Numbered from the stretch's first letter, positions 54,214 through 63,519 are shown. The stretch: 64,000 bases of DNA from Candidatus Latescibacterota bacterium (GCA_965223905.1 CBDCXV010000010.1:320001-384000); one strand, 5' to 3'. Numbers and translations are program-made. The notes: a model not told the origin generated them from the letters alone.

Positions 54214-54800
54214 GTATAGGTAAAATGAGGCACCTTTTTTGGACTCTCGGTCAAGGCGGACAGCGCACCGCCAGGGTCAGGCAGCTCCCGGAGGATCGTT
54301 TGCCAGTCCTTCGACCGAGCTCGCAGTACAGTTTGGTTGCCTGTCGGCCCGTATCCGGATCAATTCGGGGCCTGAGGGACCGTTGAGGGCACACCCCGCC
54401 GTACGCCCGGCGACGGCCACGGGTCGAGAAGGCAGGTCAGGCGGCGAACTCGAACAGCGGCTCAGGCGGGGCCCTCGGCGGGGGCATCGCCGGCAGCCCT
54501 ACCCCCTCCAGACAGGTCCGGATCGAAGCCGGATCGGTCCGGGCGGCGAGGATTCTCAGGCGACCGCCACAGGCCGCACATTCGCTGAGGTCGGAGGAAA
54601 ACACCCGCGCCAGCAGGGTCGCCCACCGCAGCCGATGGCCGCAGGACGCAGGGCTCGCCGAGCCGTCCGCCGCCGACGGCTCGGCAACCGGCTTGGCCGG
54701 CACGATGCGCTCGCGGGCCCGGGGCCGGGGCGCCAGGACCCCGTGGTAGCGCAGGAGATGAAACCGGGGCGGGGGAACCAGAGCCGCCCGCTTCTCCAGC
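54214..54800 (-). mobile_element. ISCR/IS91-like remnant 5
   Basis: Same sequence as remnant 4 but with a different oriIS flank. Confidence 0.9.
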
Positions 54801-55192
54801 GTCTCGATGCGGATGTACGCCATCCCCTCCCCCTTCAGATGCTCGATGGCCGTCTCCACCAGTTTCAGCCCGATCCCCTTTCTCTGATGCCGCGGTAGCA
54901 CAGCGTAGTTTGGAATCCCGCCTATTTTGGCTTCTTCGTCTACGCGGGTAGTGATGTAGCCCACCACCTCGCCGTCGACCTCAGCGACGAACATTCCGTC
55001 AGCATGCGCATCCACGTCCGCGTCGATATGCCGCTTCTTGCGCCAGCGCCAGCCGTGACCGGCGATCGGGCCGAACTCCTTCTCGATGTTCTGATCGATG
55101 GAGACACCGTCGAAGCAGATGGCGGTGATTTCTTTGACGATGTCGAGATCGGCGTCGGTGCACTTCCTGTCGGTGCACTTCCTTATGTTCAT
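54437..55192 (-). CDS. GNAT acetyltransferase-ISCR C-terminus fusion (second copy)
   Basis: Identical translation to 51289-52044. Confidence 0.75.
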   Translation of the reverse strand: MNIRKCTDRKCTDADLDIVKEITAICFDGVSIDQNIEKEFGPIAGHGWRWRKKRHIDADVDAHADGMFVAEVDGEVVGYITTRVDEEAKIGGIPNYAVLPRHQRKGIGLKLVETAIEHLKGEGMAYIRIETLEKRAALVPPPRFHLLRYHGVLAPRPRARERIVPAKPVAEPSAADGSASPASCGHRLRWATLLARVFSSDLSECAACGGRLRILAARTDPASIRTCLEGVGLPAMPPPRAPPEPLFEFAA

Positions 55193-55210
55193 GTCGTTTT
55201 CCGCTCGCGC

Positions 55211-55630
55211 CTACTGCCTCTGCACCAGTTCGATCAGCAACCCGTCCGGATCCCTCGCGCATACGACGCCGCCGTTTTCGTACATGAACGGGTCCGACAC
55301 GAATTCCACACCTCGTCCCTGCAGTTGCGCCACCGTATCTTTCAGATCGGCCACGAAGAAAGTGATCCAGCGAACGCCGGCAGAGAAATCCCCGGAGCCC
55401 GAGGCCGGCGGCGACTCGATCTGCATCAGCTTGAGCAGGGTGTCACCCGCTTGGAGCCGCACCTGGCGGAAACCGCTGGGCGCCAGCCCCACCTGTGTGG
55501 CCAGTTCCGCGGAGATCTCCAGCTCCACGGCGATCTCGAATCCAAGCTGATCGCGATAAAACTCCAGCGATTTGTCGAAGTCGCTGCAGACGATGGCGAT
55601 GTCGACGACGGTGTGAGTTTGTTTGATCAT
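55211..55630 (-). CDS. VOC/glyoxalase family protein
   Basis: IAIVCSDFDKSLEFYRDQLGF and RDPDGLLIELV motifs. Confidence 0.88.
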   Translation of the reverse strand: MIKQTHTVVDIAIVCSDFDKSLEFYRDQLGFEIAVELEISAELATQVGLAPSGFRQVRLQAGDTLLKLMQIESPPASGSGDFSAGVRWITFFVADLKDTVAQLQGRGVEFVSDPFMYENGGVVCARDPDGLLIELVQRQ

Positions 55631-55685
55631 GTTCGCCTACCTCCTCTTTGGTCGAACGAGCCCCGAGGCGCTGGCGCAGCCCGGC

Positions 55686-56675
55686 TCATCGCATCCGGGA
55701 GTCGGACATCCACATGTCAGGGTTCCGGCCGATGGCGTCTTTGACAGGTTGTGTCAGGCGCTCTAACTCGGCCATCGTAGCTGCGTCGAGCTCCAACGAA
55801 AGCGTCGGCAGGTTGGTCTCCAGTTCGTCCGCATCCCGGGCGCCGACCAGGAAGGATGTCACTCCCCTCTGCTGTCTCACCCAGGCGAGTGCCACGCTCG
55901 CCATCGGGGCGCCAACCTGGCGGCTCAACTCGCGAATGCCGGAGATGGCGCTGAAAACAGCTGCCTCGCATCCCGGCTCGCCGTGTCCGGCCTGCGCGCG
56001 GGAGCTCGCATACCATCGCGTCCGGGCCAGCCCCTCCGGAACCTCGTCAGCCGTCGCATACCTTCCCGTCAGCAGCCCCTGCGCCAGCGGACTGTAGCAT
56101 ATCAACCCGATCGCGCTCTCGCGGCAGAGCGGCAGGATTTCAAACTCGATTGCCCGCCACAGAAGGCTGAAGGGCAGCTGGTTCGTCTCCGGCCGGCCAA
56201 CCTCGATCAGATCGGACAGGTCGCCGACGGCGAAGTTCGCGACACCGAGCGCGCGCACCTTGCCCTCCCTCACCAGATCCTCGAGCGCGCGCCAGGACGT
56301 GTCGATCGGGATGTCGTGATTTGGCCAGTGGATCTGGTACAGGTCGATGTAGTCCGTATTCAGATTTTTGAGGCTCTCCTCGCAGGCGGACGCGATCCCT
56401 TCCGCAGTCAGGTGGTTCGGGGCTACCTTGGTTGCGATCACCGCCTGCTGGCGCCTCCCTTCCAGACCACGTGCGAGAACACGCTCGGACTCACCCTTCT
56501 CGTATGCCTCTGCCGTGTCGAAGAGGTTGATGCCCGCGTCCAGTGCGGCGCGCACCGTCGCAATCGATTGATCGTCGTCCTGATCGCCCCAGATCGAGCC
56601 GCCCGCGAAGGGCCAGCAACCCAGACCCATCACCGAGACTTCGATACCCAAATTGCCCAGCCTCCGGTATTCCAC
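55686..56675 (-). CDS. Aldo/keto reductase
   Basis: GINLFDTAEAY, DYIDLYQIHWP and YSPLAQGLLTG motifs. Confidence 0.92.
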   Translation of the reverse strand: MEYRRLGNLGIEVSVMGLGCWPFAGGSIWGDQDDDQSIATVRAALDAGINLFDTAEAYEKGESERVLARGLEGRRQQAVIATKVAPNHLTAEGIASACEESLKNLNTDYIDLYQIHWPNHDIPIDTSWRALEDLVREGKVRALGVANFAVGDLSDLIEVGRPETNQLPFSLLWRAIEFEILPLCRESAIGLICYSPLAQGLLTGRYATADEVPEGLARTRWYASSRAQAGHGEPGCEAAVFSAISGIRELSRQVGAPMASVALAWVRQQRGVTSFLVGARDADELETNLPTLSLELDAATMAELERLTQPVKDAIGRNPDMWMSDSRMR

Positions 56676-56692
56676 TTCACTCCTTCATGTGA

Positions 56693-57270
56693 TCAAAGCT
56701 CGTTGAGGCCTGTCAGGCTGTCAGTCCTGAGTGCCACAGCCTGTGAAAACGCCCCGACCTCAGCAGAAGATCTAAGACGCACAAATCGTATGTGGTTCCA
56801 AGACGATTCAGTAGTATATGCCAGCATACTGCGACGCGTGCGCCGGTGCTGCGTGACAATCCACCATAGCAGCGAATCCTCCTTGCGCCAGACCATGAGC
56901 TGGGGCCAGAAACGCTCGTAGTTTGTCCCCCAAAGCGGCTCCTGCGACCGCCAGCGACGCCACGAATCGAATCAGCATTCGCCAGATGAGTGGAACCATG
57001 GGCAAATCCAGCCAGCGATCGTCTCCAGGCGTGGCCAGAAAATGCGTTGTGAAAATTGCATGTAGGAGCCGGCCACAACCCATCCATCACCACGGGTTGC
57101 TTCGCCTATTCTCCGTTCGAGTTCCTCGGGGTTTGTGTCGCTCAGAGCAACCCAGCCAGGTTGCCAATTGAGCGCGTCCAACTCCACCAAGGGGACGCCG
57201 AGGGCGGCCGACAGCTGCGCTCCCAAGGTGCTTTTTCCAGCGCAGCTATTCCCAACTATTACGGGGAGCG
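56693..57270 (-). pseudogene. Adenylate-kinase-like/FlaR P-loop protein, frameshifted and 5'-truncated
   Basis: IVGNSCAGKSTL, ELDALNWQPGW, WLDLP and FVRLRS are found over three frames. Confidence 0.7.
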
Positions 57271-57378
57271 GTAAATAGGTGACATAGATGGCACCATTTC
57301 CCCTTCGAGAGTGTTGTAAACTTTCAATTACTCCCCGTAGTATGTGAATCCTGTGGCCGGTCCGTAAGCCAGTGTGCG

Positions 57379-57819
57379 TCACTCGAACTGCCGTTCGCTC
57401 TGGCGGACCGCCTTGCCTTTGCCTCGAATGATATCCCGGCGCTTCCAGGTCTGGACGGCGCGACAGATCCAGTCGCTCTCACCGAGGAGTCGCCGTAGCT
57501 GGTCTTTCGTGAACCACTCATGCCGATCGCGGGCCAGTTGGTCAGGAGGCAATGTTTCATCGGAGTAGCCGTACAGTCGGCAGACACCGTCTTTCGTTTC
57601 AACATCCTCGATGTAGGACATCCACGGGATGTCCAGTCCGAGCTGTGTCTTTGTATAGAGCCTTATCGCCGCATCGATATTCCCGAGCCGTGACTCCTCG
57701 CTGGCCAAGCCCCGCGACCGGGCAAGCGCCTCCTGCGAAACTGTGCCATCGTCGGCTGCGGATACAGTTGGGCAGTCAGCTGACCTGCTCTGCCAGTGTC
57801 GAGGCACCGCAGAAGTCAT
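57379..57819 (-). CDS. Hypothetical protein or gene fragment
   Basis: 146-aa ORF with no recognised family. Confidence 0.35.
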   Translation of the reverse strand: MTSAVPRHWQSRSADCPTVSAADDGTVSQEALARSRGLASEESRLGNIDAAIRLYTKTQLGLDIPWMSYIEDVETKDGVCRLYGYSDETLPPDQLARDRHEWFTKDQLRRLLGESDWICRAVQTWKRRDIIRGKGKAVRQSERQFE

Positions 57820-57956
57820 TGCTGATTGCCACTGATTGTCACGCTTCCCGTGAACCCACTTGCCACCAATCTATCTGCGACAGCCTGAGCTGACGAATCG
57901 GTCAGCGCGTGCGCGAGCTCTCGGTCCCCAAACCGAATGCTACGCGACGGTCGTTC

Positions 57957-59924
57957 TTAGTACATCATGCTCAGTCCGTTACCCAGCATCCCGGTAAAGT
58001 AGTCGACGATCAGCCAGAATCCCCCGGCCACGAACTGACCCAGAATCAACCCGTAGAACACGGGGATGAGCGACTGATAGGCTTTGAGGCCGCCGTACTT
58101 CAAGAGGACCGTCTTGATCAACCAGGCCAGAAAGACCGGAAACCAGGCGGTGTCCATCACCCGGTCCATGCTGACCACGAATCCCAGAGGATGCAGCGGC
58201 CACCACAGGAATCGGCGCTGCATGAGCAGCAGACCCGTCATCACCCCGGCCCCGATCAGCCGAATGAGCCAACCCAGCCCGTTCGGTCCCGCGTTCTCCT
58301 CGACCCGGCTCGCCACGTACGCCCAGGTGAAGTCGGGGAGGTAACTGACGGAACGCGCTACGTTGATGCCTCCCTCGCGATAGGCTACCGACAGCGACAT
58401 CCAGAAGGTGCTGACAGCGGAGACCAAAATGGCAATTGCCAGCGCCAGCAGCAGCCAGCGCTTGCGAGAGGCGATCTCGCCGGTCAGCTTCAACCCGGTG
58501 GCAGTGTGCGCCATCATCGTGCTCGCCAGGGACTCCGTCCATATCACCGTGGGGCCCAGCGCCGCCATCCCCGCAGGCCCTATGTAGCGCACCCCGATCC
58601 CCGAGACCACGAAGTCCAAGGGGATGTTGCGGGGAAACACCATGGGCAGTCCCGCCTCGGCGATGATGCGCGTCAGGCTGACGAAGGTTACCAGCGCCCC
58701 GAACAGAAACAGCAGACCCGCCCACAGGGGCAAACCCGCCCGCCACAGCCACACGCTCATTCCGATCACCCCGAGAATCACCCCCCATACGGCGGTGCGG
58801 TAGGACATGATTTCATCGGAATCGTCCACGGACGCGTCGCCTCTGAACGCCTTGCGGAACACCTCCCGCAGGTGCCCCCGGGCCATCCACAGCCCGAAGA
58901 GGACGAGCGCTAACATCGCGCCGATGCTCTGATGAGCCAGCAAGCCCCTCACACCGCCGCCGCCGCCATAATTGGACAGCGCTTCTCCTATGCCGAGCCC
59001 CGTCATGTGCAGCACACCCTCCTCCAGGCGCCTCAGGGCATAGAACACCCACATCCCGAACATGACGTCCGCCTTGAGGAAATACGCGAACCCCAGAATC
59101 ATCAGATTCAGCGAAAAGCCTACATTCGCGAATCGCGGCAGCAGTGTGAGTGAGCCGAAGTGGGTCGGAACCACGGGAACGATGGGGAAGTAGTGGTGCA
59201 GGGCGTTGAGACTCTCGCGACCGAACGACAGCGACAAACCCACCCACATCAGACCGCTCTTGAAGAAAGGCGCCACCAGCGAACCGCCCGGTGGCGGCTG
59301 CACCATGGCCAGCGGCACTTTGGTGATGGGATAGATGAGATGTTCGTGCTCCACCCACTGGCGGCGAAGGATAACCATCGCGCAGATGCTCGCCATCCAC
59401 AACGCCACCATGAACAGCAACCACCACAACAGCGGCGACAACCACATGCCCCAGGGAATGGACTCGCCCTCCGGTATGCCCTCGAAAAACCACCGGATCC
59501 CCAGCTCATCCTGAGGGACCATCCACTTCGCCACGTAGGGATGAACACGCTCCGCCCAGTTGTTCTCCGGAGTCGCCAGGTAGGATACCCCGGCCGCGGA
59601 CCCCAACAGCATCATGCAGAAGCCGTTGCGCTCGCCACCCGAGAACGCCGTGGCTACGACCATCATGATGTAGATGGTCAGCAGCTCTCCCTTGCCCAGG
59701 ACCAGCCTCCGGTGAATGAGCCCCAACACCACCTGGACGACACCCACCCACAGAAAGAACAGGAAGAATGCGGCGGGACCATTCAACCCGCTCATGCGGG
59801 TGCCCATGATGACGAACGCACCGTAGGGCTCTCCCACGCCGATCGCCAGACTGAGTGCGGCGCCGATGACGAGCGAGCGCAGCGTCACCCCCGACGCCGA
59901 CCGGTCCTCTAGCCCCCCTGACAA
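57957..59924 (-). CDS. DUF6785/DUF6784-type polytopic membrane protein (putative transporter)
   Basis: YLATPENNW, LRRQWVEHEHLIYP, WWPLHPLGF and LKYGG motifs, with many TM helices. Confidence 0.8.
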   Translation of the reverse strand: MSGGLEDRSASGVTLRSLVIGAALSLAIGVGEPYGAFVIMGTRMSGLNGPAAFFLFFLWVGVVQVVLGLIHRRLVLGKGELLTIYIMMVVATAFSGGERNGFCMMLLGSAAGVSYLATPENNWAERVHPYVAKWMVPQDELGIRWFFEGIPEGESIPWGMWLSPLLWWLLFMVALWMASICAMVILRRQWVEHEHLIYPITKVPLAMVQPPPGGSLVAPFFKSGLMWVGLSLSFGRESLNALHHYFPIVPVVPTHFGSLTLLPRFANVGFSLNLMILGFAYFLKADVMFGMWVFYALRRLEEGVLHMTGLGIGEALSNYGGGGGVRGLLAHQSIGAMLALVLFGLWMARGHLREVFRKAFRGDASVDDSDEIMSYRTAVWGVILGVIGMSVWLWRAGLPLWAGLLFLFGALVTFVSLTRIIAEAGLPMVFPRNIPLDFVVSGIGVRYIGPAGMAALGPTVIWTESLASTMMAHTATGLKLTGEIASRKRWLLLALAIAILVSAVSTFWMSLSVAYREGGINVARSVSYLPDFTWAYVASRVEENAGPNGLGWLIRLIGAGVMTGLLLMQRRFLWWPLHPLGFVVSMDRVMDTAWFPVFLAWLIKTVLLKYGGLKAYQSLIPVFYGLILGQFVAGGFWLIVDYFTGMLGNGLSMMY

Positions 59925-60108
59925 ACCCAGTAGTCCCTCTCTCGAGTGTCGCCAGGAAACCTCGACGACCTACTCAATTCCAATGGTCACAAGATGAAAC
60001 GGTAGCGGAGGAATGGAAAGAAAAGATGGATATGGAGATGCGGATGGGGATGGAGAAATGGAGATGGGCACCAGTGGAGACGTGGGAGGAGTACTACTCG
60101 ATCTCCAA

Positions 60109-60698
60109 GTATAGGTGAAATGAGGCACCCTTTTGGACTCTCGGTCAAGGCGGACAGCGCACCGCAAGGGTCCGGCAACTCCCCTGAGTGTGGATCGTTT
60201 GCCAGTCCTTCGACCGAGCTCGCAGTACAGTTTGGTTGCCTGTCGGCCCGTATCCGCATCAATCCGGGGCCTGAGGGACCGTTGAGGGCACCCCCCGCCG
60301 TACGCCCGGCGACGGCGACGGGTCGAGAAGGCAGGGCCGGCGGCGAACTCGAACAGCGGCTCAGGCGGGGCCCTCGGCGGGGGCATCGCCGGCAGCCCTA
60401 CCCCCTCCAGACAGGTCCGGATCGAGGCCGGATCGGTCCGGGCGGCGATGATTCTCAGGCGACCGCCACAGGCCGCGCATTCGCTGAGGTCGGAGGAAAA
60501 CACCCGCGCCAGCAGGGTCGCCCAGCGCAGCCGATGGCCGCAGGACGCAGCGCTCGCCGAGCCGTCCGCCGCCGCCGACGGCTCGGCAACCGGCTTGGCC
60601 GGCACGATGCGCTCGCGGGCCCGGGCCCGGGGCGCCAGGACCCCGTGGTAGCGCAGGAGATGAAACCGGGGCGGGGGAACCAGAGCCGCCAGCTTCTC
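60109..60698 (-). mobile_element. ISCR/IS91-like remnant 6
   Basis: oriIS GTATAGGTGAAATGAGGCACC plus transposase from EKLAALV onward. Confidence 0.9.
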
Positions 60699-60816
60699 GC
60701 TAAGGGAGAAACTGGTTGCTCGGCATGAGTAACCATACGGCGTATAACATTCCGTGCGAGGTAGGTGCGAATCGTCCGATGATACGCATCTATGGACCGT
60801 CTACCGCGAGGAACTC

Positions 60817-61884
60817 ATGAATCCGACGAAAGTCGCCGTGATCGGGTGCGGCCAGATCGCAACCTCACAACATCTGCCGGCCTACCGGGAGGCAGCAGAG
60901 GCCGGGGTCTGCTGCCTCGTGGGCGTATGCGATCTGGACCCCGAACGGGTGGCGCAGGCCGGAAAGCAGTTTGCAGTCGCCGGATTTCAGGACGCGGCAG
61001 AGATGCTCGAAAAGACCAAGCCCGATGTCGTGAGCATCGCCACGCTGCCCTCGAGTCATCGCAACCTCGCGGTGATGTGCCTGGAGGCGGGATGTCACGT
61101 CCTGTGCGAGAAGCCCGTGGCGCTGGATGCGGGCGAGGCCCGGGACATGGTCCGCGCCGCCGAAGCGAACAATCGACTGCTGAGCATCTGCTTCGAATAC
61201 CGAACCTGGGACGAATCCCGGTACCTGAGAGACCGCATCGCAGACGGCGTCCTCGGTCGCGTACACGCCGTTCGAACGTGGGGCGGGTGTGCCTACGGAC
61301 TGCCGGCGAGAGCGCACCGGTCGCATGGCTCGAACGGCGGCGGCGTTCTCGCGCACTGGACGATCCACAACCTCGACCTCGTGCTCTGGCTGCTTGGCAA
61401 CCCCGAACCGCTGACCGCCAGCGCATTCTGCCATCAGCGGGTCTCCGCTTACCCGGCGGCGGCTGGATCCATGCGAGACGACATCGATCCGGCGTCGCTC
61501 GATCCAGATTTCGAGGACTTCGGCACCGGCTTCGTCCGGCTGTCCGGCAACACCATCCTGACGGTGGAAGCGGATTTCCTTCAGGCGCCCTCTGACCGAC
61601 GCGAAGGCTTGGCCTTTCTCGGAGACCGGGGTGCCGCGTCCATCTCACCACTCAGAATCTGGACCGACGACGGACGATCGTGGCGCGAGGAGACCCCCGC
61701 CAAGGGCACGTTGAAGCCTTGCGACTACGATATGAGGAGACTGATCAACGATTTTCTGCGCGCCGTCCGCGAGGGTGAGGCGTCCCCCGTTGCGGGCGAG
61801 GAAATCGTGCGAATTCAGCGGCTCATGGACGCGCTCTATGCCTCGGCAGCGTCCGGGCAAGAGGTCGCTGTGGCAGGAGCCTGA
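60817..61884 (+). CDS. Gfo/Idh/MocA oxidoreductase
   Basis: VAVIGCGQIA, HVLCEKP and GGGVLAHWTIHNLD motifs. Confidence 0.9.
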   Translation: MNPTKVAVIGCGQIATSQHLPAYREAAEAGVCCLVGVCDLDPERVAQAGKQFAVAGFQDAAEMLEKTKPDVVSIATLPSSHRNLAVMCLEAGCHVLCEKPVALDAGEARDMVRAAEANNRLLSICFEYRTWDESRYLRDRIADGVLGRVHAVRTWGGCAYGLPARAHRSHGSNGGGVLAHWTIHNLDLVLWLLGNPEPLTASAFCHQRVSAYPAAAGSMRDDIDPASLDPDFEDFGTGFVRLSGNTILTVEADFLQAPSDRREGLAFLGDRGAASISPLRIWTDDGRSWREETPAKGTLKPCDYDMRRLINDFLRAVREGEASPVAGEEIVRIQRLMDALYASAASGQEVAVAGA

Positions 61885-61889
61885 GCGCT

Positions 61890-62496
61890 ATGGGACTTGT
61901 GTACATCGAGTACATCAGCCGTCTGCCGGGCATCGATCTGGAGACGTTTCGCGCGCAGGCTGCACAAGGCCAGGAGGGATGGGACAGCGGGTATGAGGAC
62001 GAGTTGGTTCTGTCCGTCGGTCGCACGTGGCGATTGGGTCCCGACCCGGGCTACATGACGGTCTGGCACGCGCGGAACGCCAGCCTTGACCGGATCGACG
62101 CGTGGGACCGGATCTTTCGCAGCGGCGAGGCGGACGACCTGGAACAGCCGTTCTTTCAGGTCGCGCGGATCGACGTGGCCGGCTGCTACGATCCGCTGCT
62201 CGAACCGGTCCCGGCCCGCAACGGTACCTACTACGCCGAGTTTTTCGCTGCCCGCGACACCGCGGATACCATCAGGGGCTTCTACGAGAGCCGGGCAAAA
62301 CAGCATCCTGAGTTCACCCTCAATCTCCTCGTCCAGAGAATCGGGAAGCTGGCTCCCGAACCCGGCGGCCTAGCCGTCTGGACCATCCCCCTTCGCAGCG
62401 CTGGATTCCGTGGCAACCGAGCTGGACGGAGCCAACGCCCCGATCAGGCTTTCCGCCGCAGGGACCTATGCCGACTTCGGCAGGGAGATCCTGTGA
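61890..62496 (+). CDS. Hypothetical protein, probable frameshift at ~62390
   Basis: It follows the Gfo gene closely. The alternative frame ends with a plausible GTYADFGREIL*. Confidence 0.55.
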
Positions 62497-62584
62497 GAGG
62501 CGGGCGGTGGCAAACCTTCGGATAAGTTCCGCGGTATCGTCACGAGCGAAGAATTTGTCTGGCTACTTCCACGCAACCTTCCTG

Positions 62585-62903
62585 CCGGGGCGGGGGAACC
62601 AGAGCCGCCCGCTTCTCCAGCAGTTCCATCGGAGACAGCAGGAGAGGGCGGGTCCCATCCGACCACGGCGTTTTGAGCGCGAAGGAAAAATGGTCGGCAT
62701 CGAGAATGCGCAGACGCCCCCCCGCCAGGGCCGGCCGGGCCACGTAGCGGCACAAGCGTTCGAGCCCCCGTCGAGCATGAGCAGTGCATGTGGGGATTGA
62801 GGTTCAGGGAGGAGCCGAACCGCTGGACGAAGGTCACCGAGCCCCAGCGCGCGCGGTCATGGCCCATGGCCTGCGCCTGACGTCGATACCAACGGCCCAC
62901 CAC
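62585..62903 (-). mobile_element. Orphan ISCR transposase piece with internal deletion
   Basis: VVGRWY...MLDG is joined through a G-run to GLERLCRYVARP...VPPPR. No oriIS is present. Confidence 0.88.
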
Positions 62904-63032
62904 ACCTCGAGTTCATTCAGGGCGTGATCGCCCCCCTCGCCGGTAACTCCTTCCACCTGAAGAGCTGGGCCGTCCTCCTGGTTTCGGCGCTGCTGGTCTT
63001 CCTGACTTGGAAAGGGAGGGTCGAGTTGGCCC
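62904..63032 (+). pseudogene. ~130-bp fragment of a small membrane protein gene
   Basis: It translates as HLEFIQGVIAPLAGNSFHLKSWAVLLVSALL. Confidence 0.6.
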
Positions 63033-63212
63033 CCGCAGCCGATGGCCGCAGGACGCAGCGCTCGCAGCGCAGTCCGCCGCCGACGGCTCGGCAACCGGCT
63101 GGGCCGGCACGATGCGCTCGCGGGCCCGGGCCCGGGGCGCCAGGACCCCGTGGTAGCGCAGGAGATGAAACCGGGGCGGGGGGACCAGAGCCGCCCGCTT
63201 CTCCAGCAGTTC
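63033..63212 (-). mobile_element. Orphan ISCR transposase piece
   Basis: It translates as ELLEKRAALVPPPRFHLLRYHGVLAP...SCGHRLR. Confidence 0.88.
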
Positions 63213-63519
63213 GCGGCGGCTGGCGGGGAGCGGCGCGATGATTGCGGGCGGGCTACGCCGCGCAGAAGAAAGTGTATTTGAAGCAGACCGAGGCGGCGGG
63301 CCTGGAGCGCATGCACGGGCTGCGCCACGGCTACTCTCTCGATGCGCTAACGGGAACCTGACGCATGGAAGGCGCCAGTGCGGAGAGTCCCCCGACACCC
63401 GCGGCGGCCGGAACGGCCGAACGAAGACGGCCCCGAATGGGTCGAGGCCCAAGGCCAGGGCCAGCGGGTCGGACCCGTGCTCGAACCTCGGTAATGTGTA
63501 TATTTATACACAATAAGGA

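Larger units (their letters stand above)
54212..55565. repeat. Copy 2 of the 1354-bp duplication (continues into the intact VOC-AKR context)
   Basis: It matches 51064-52417. Confidence 0.95.

Noticed and set aside
51064-55565. Duplication as a DGR template/variable repeat pair
   Set aside because: The copies look identical, with no adenine-specific differences, and there is no reverse transcriptase in the window.
33821-60698. Repeated ori/tnp segments as a CRISPR array or integron attC array
   Set aside because: The repeats are 0.6-1.7 kb transposase-derived sequences with kb-scale spacing. No cas gene, integron integrase or attC-type structure is seen.
12998-62496. Programmed frameshifting or phase variation in addA, tnp, isomerase, Gfo and others
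   Set aside because: Small indels are scattered across unrelated genes, often in short homopolymers. Sequencing error or decay is more parsimonious and cannot be resolved without reads.
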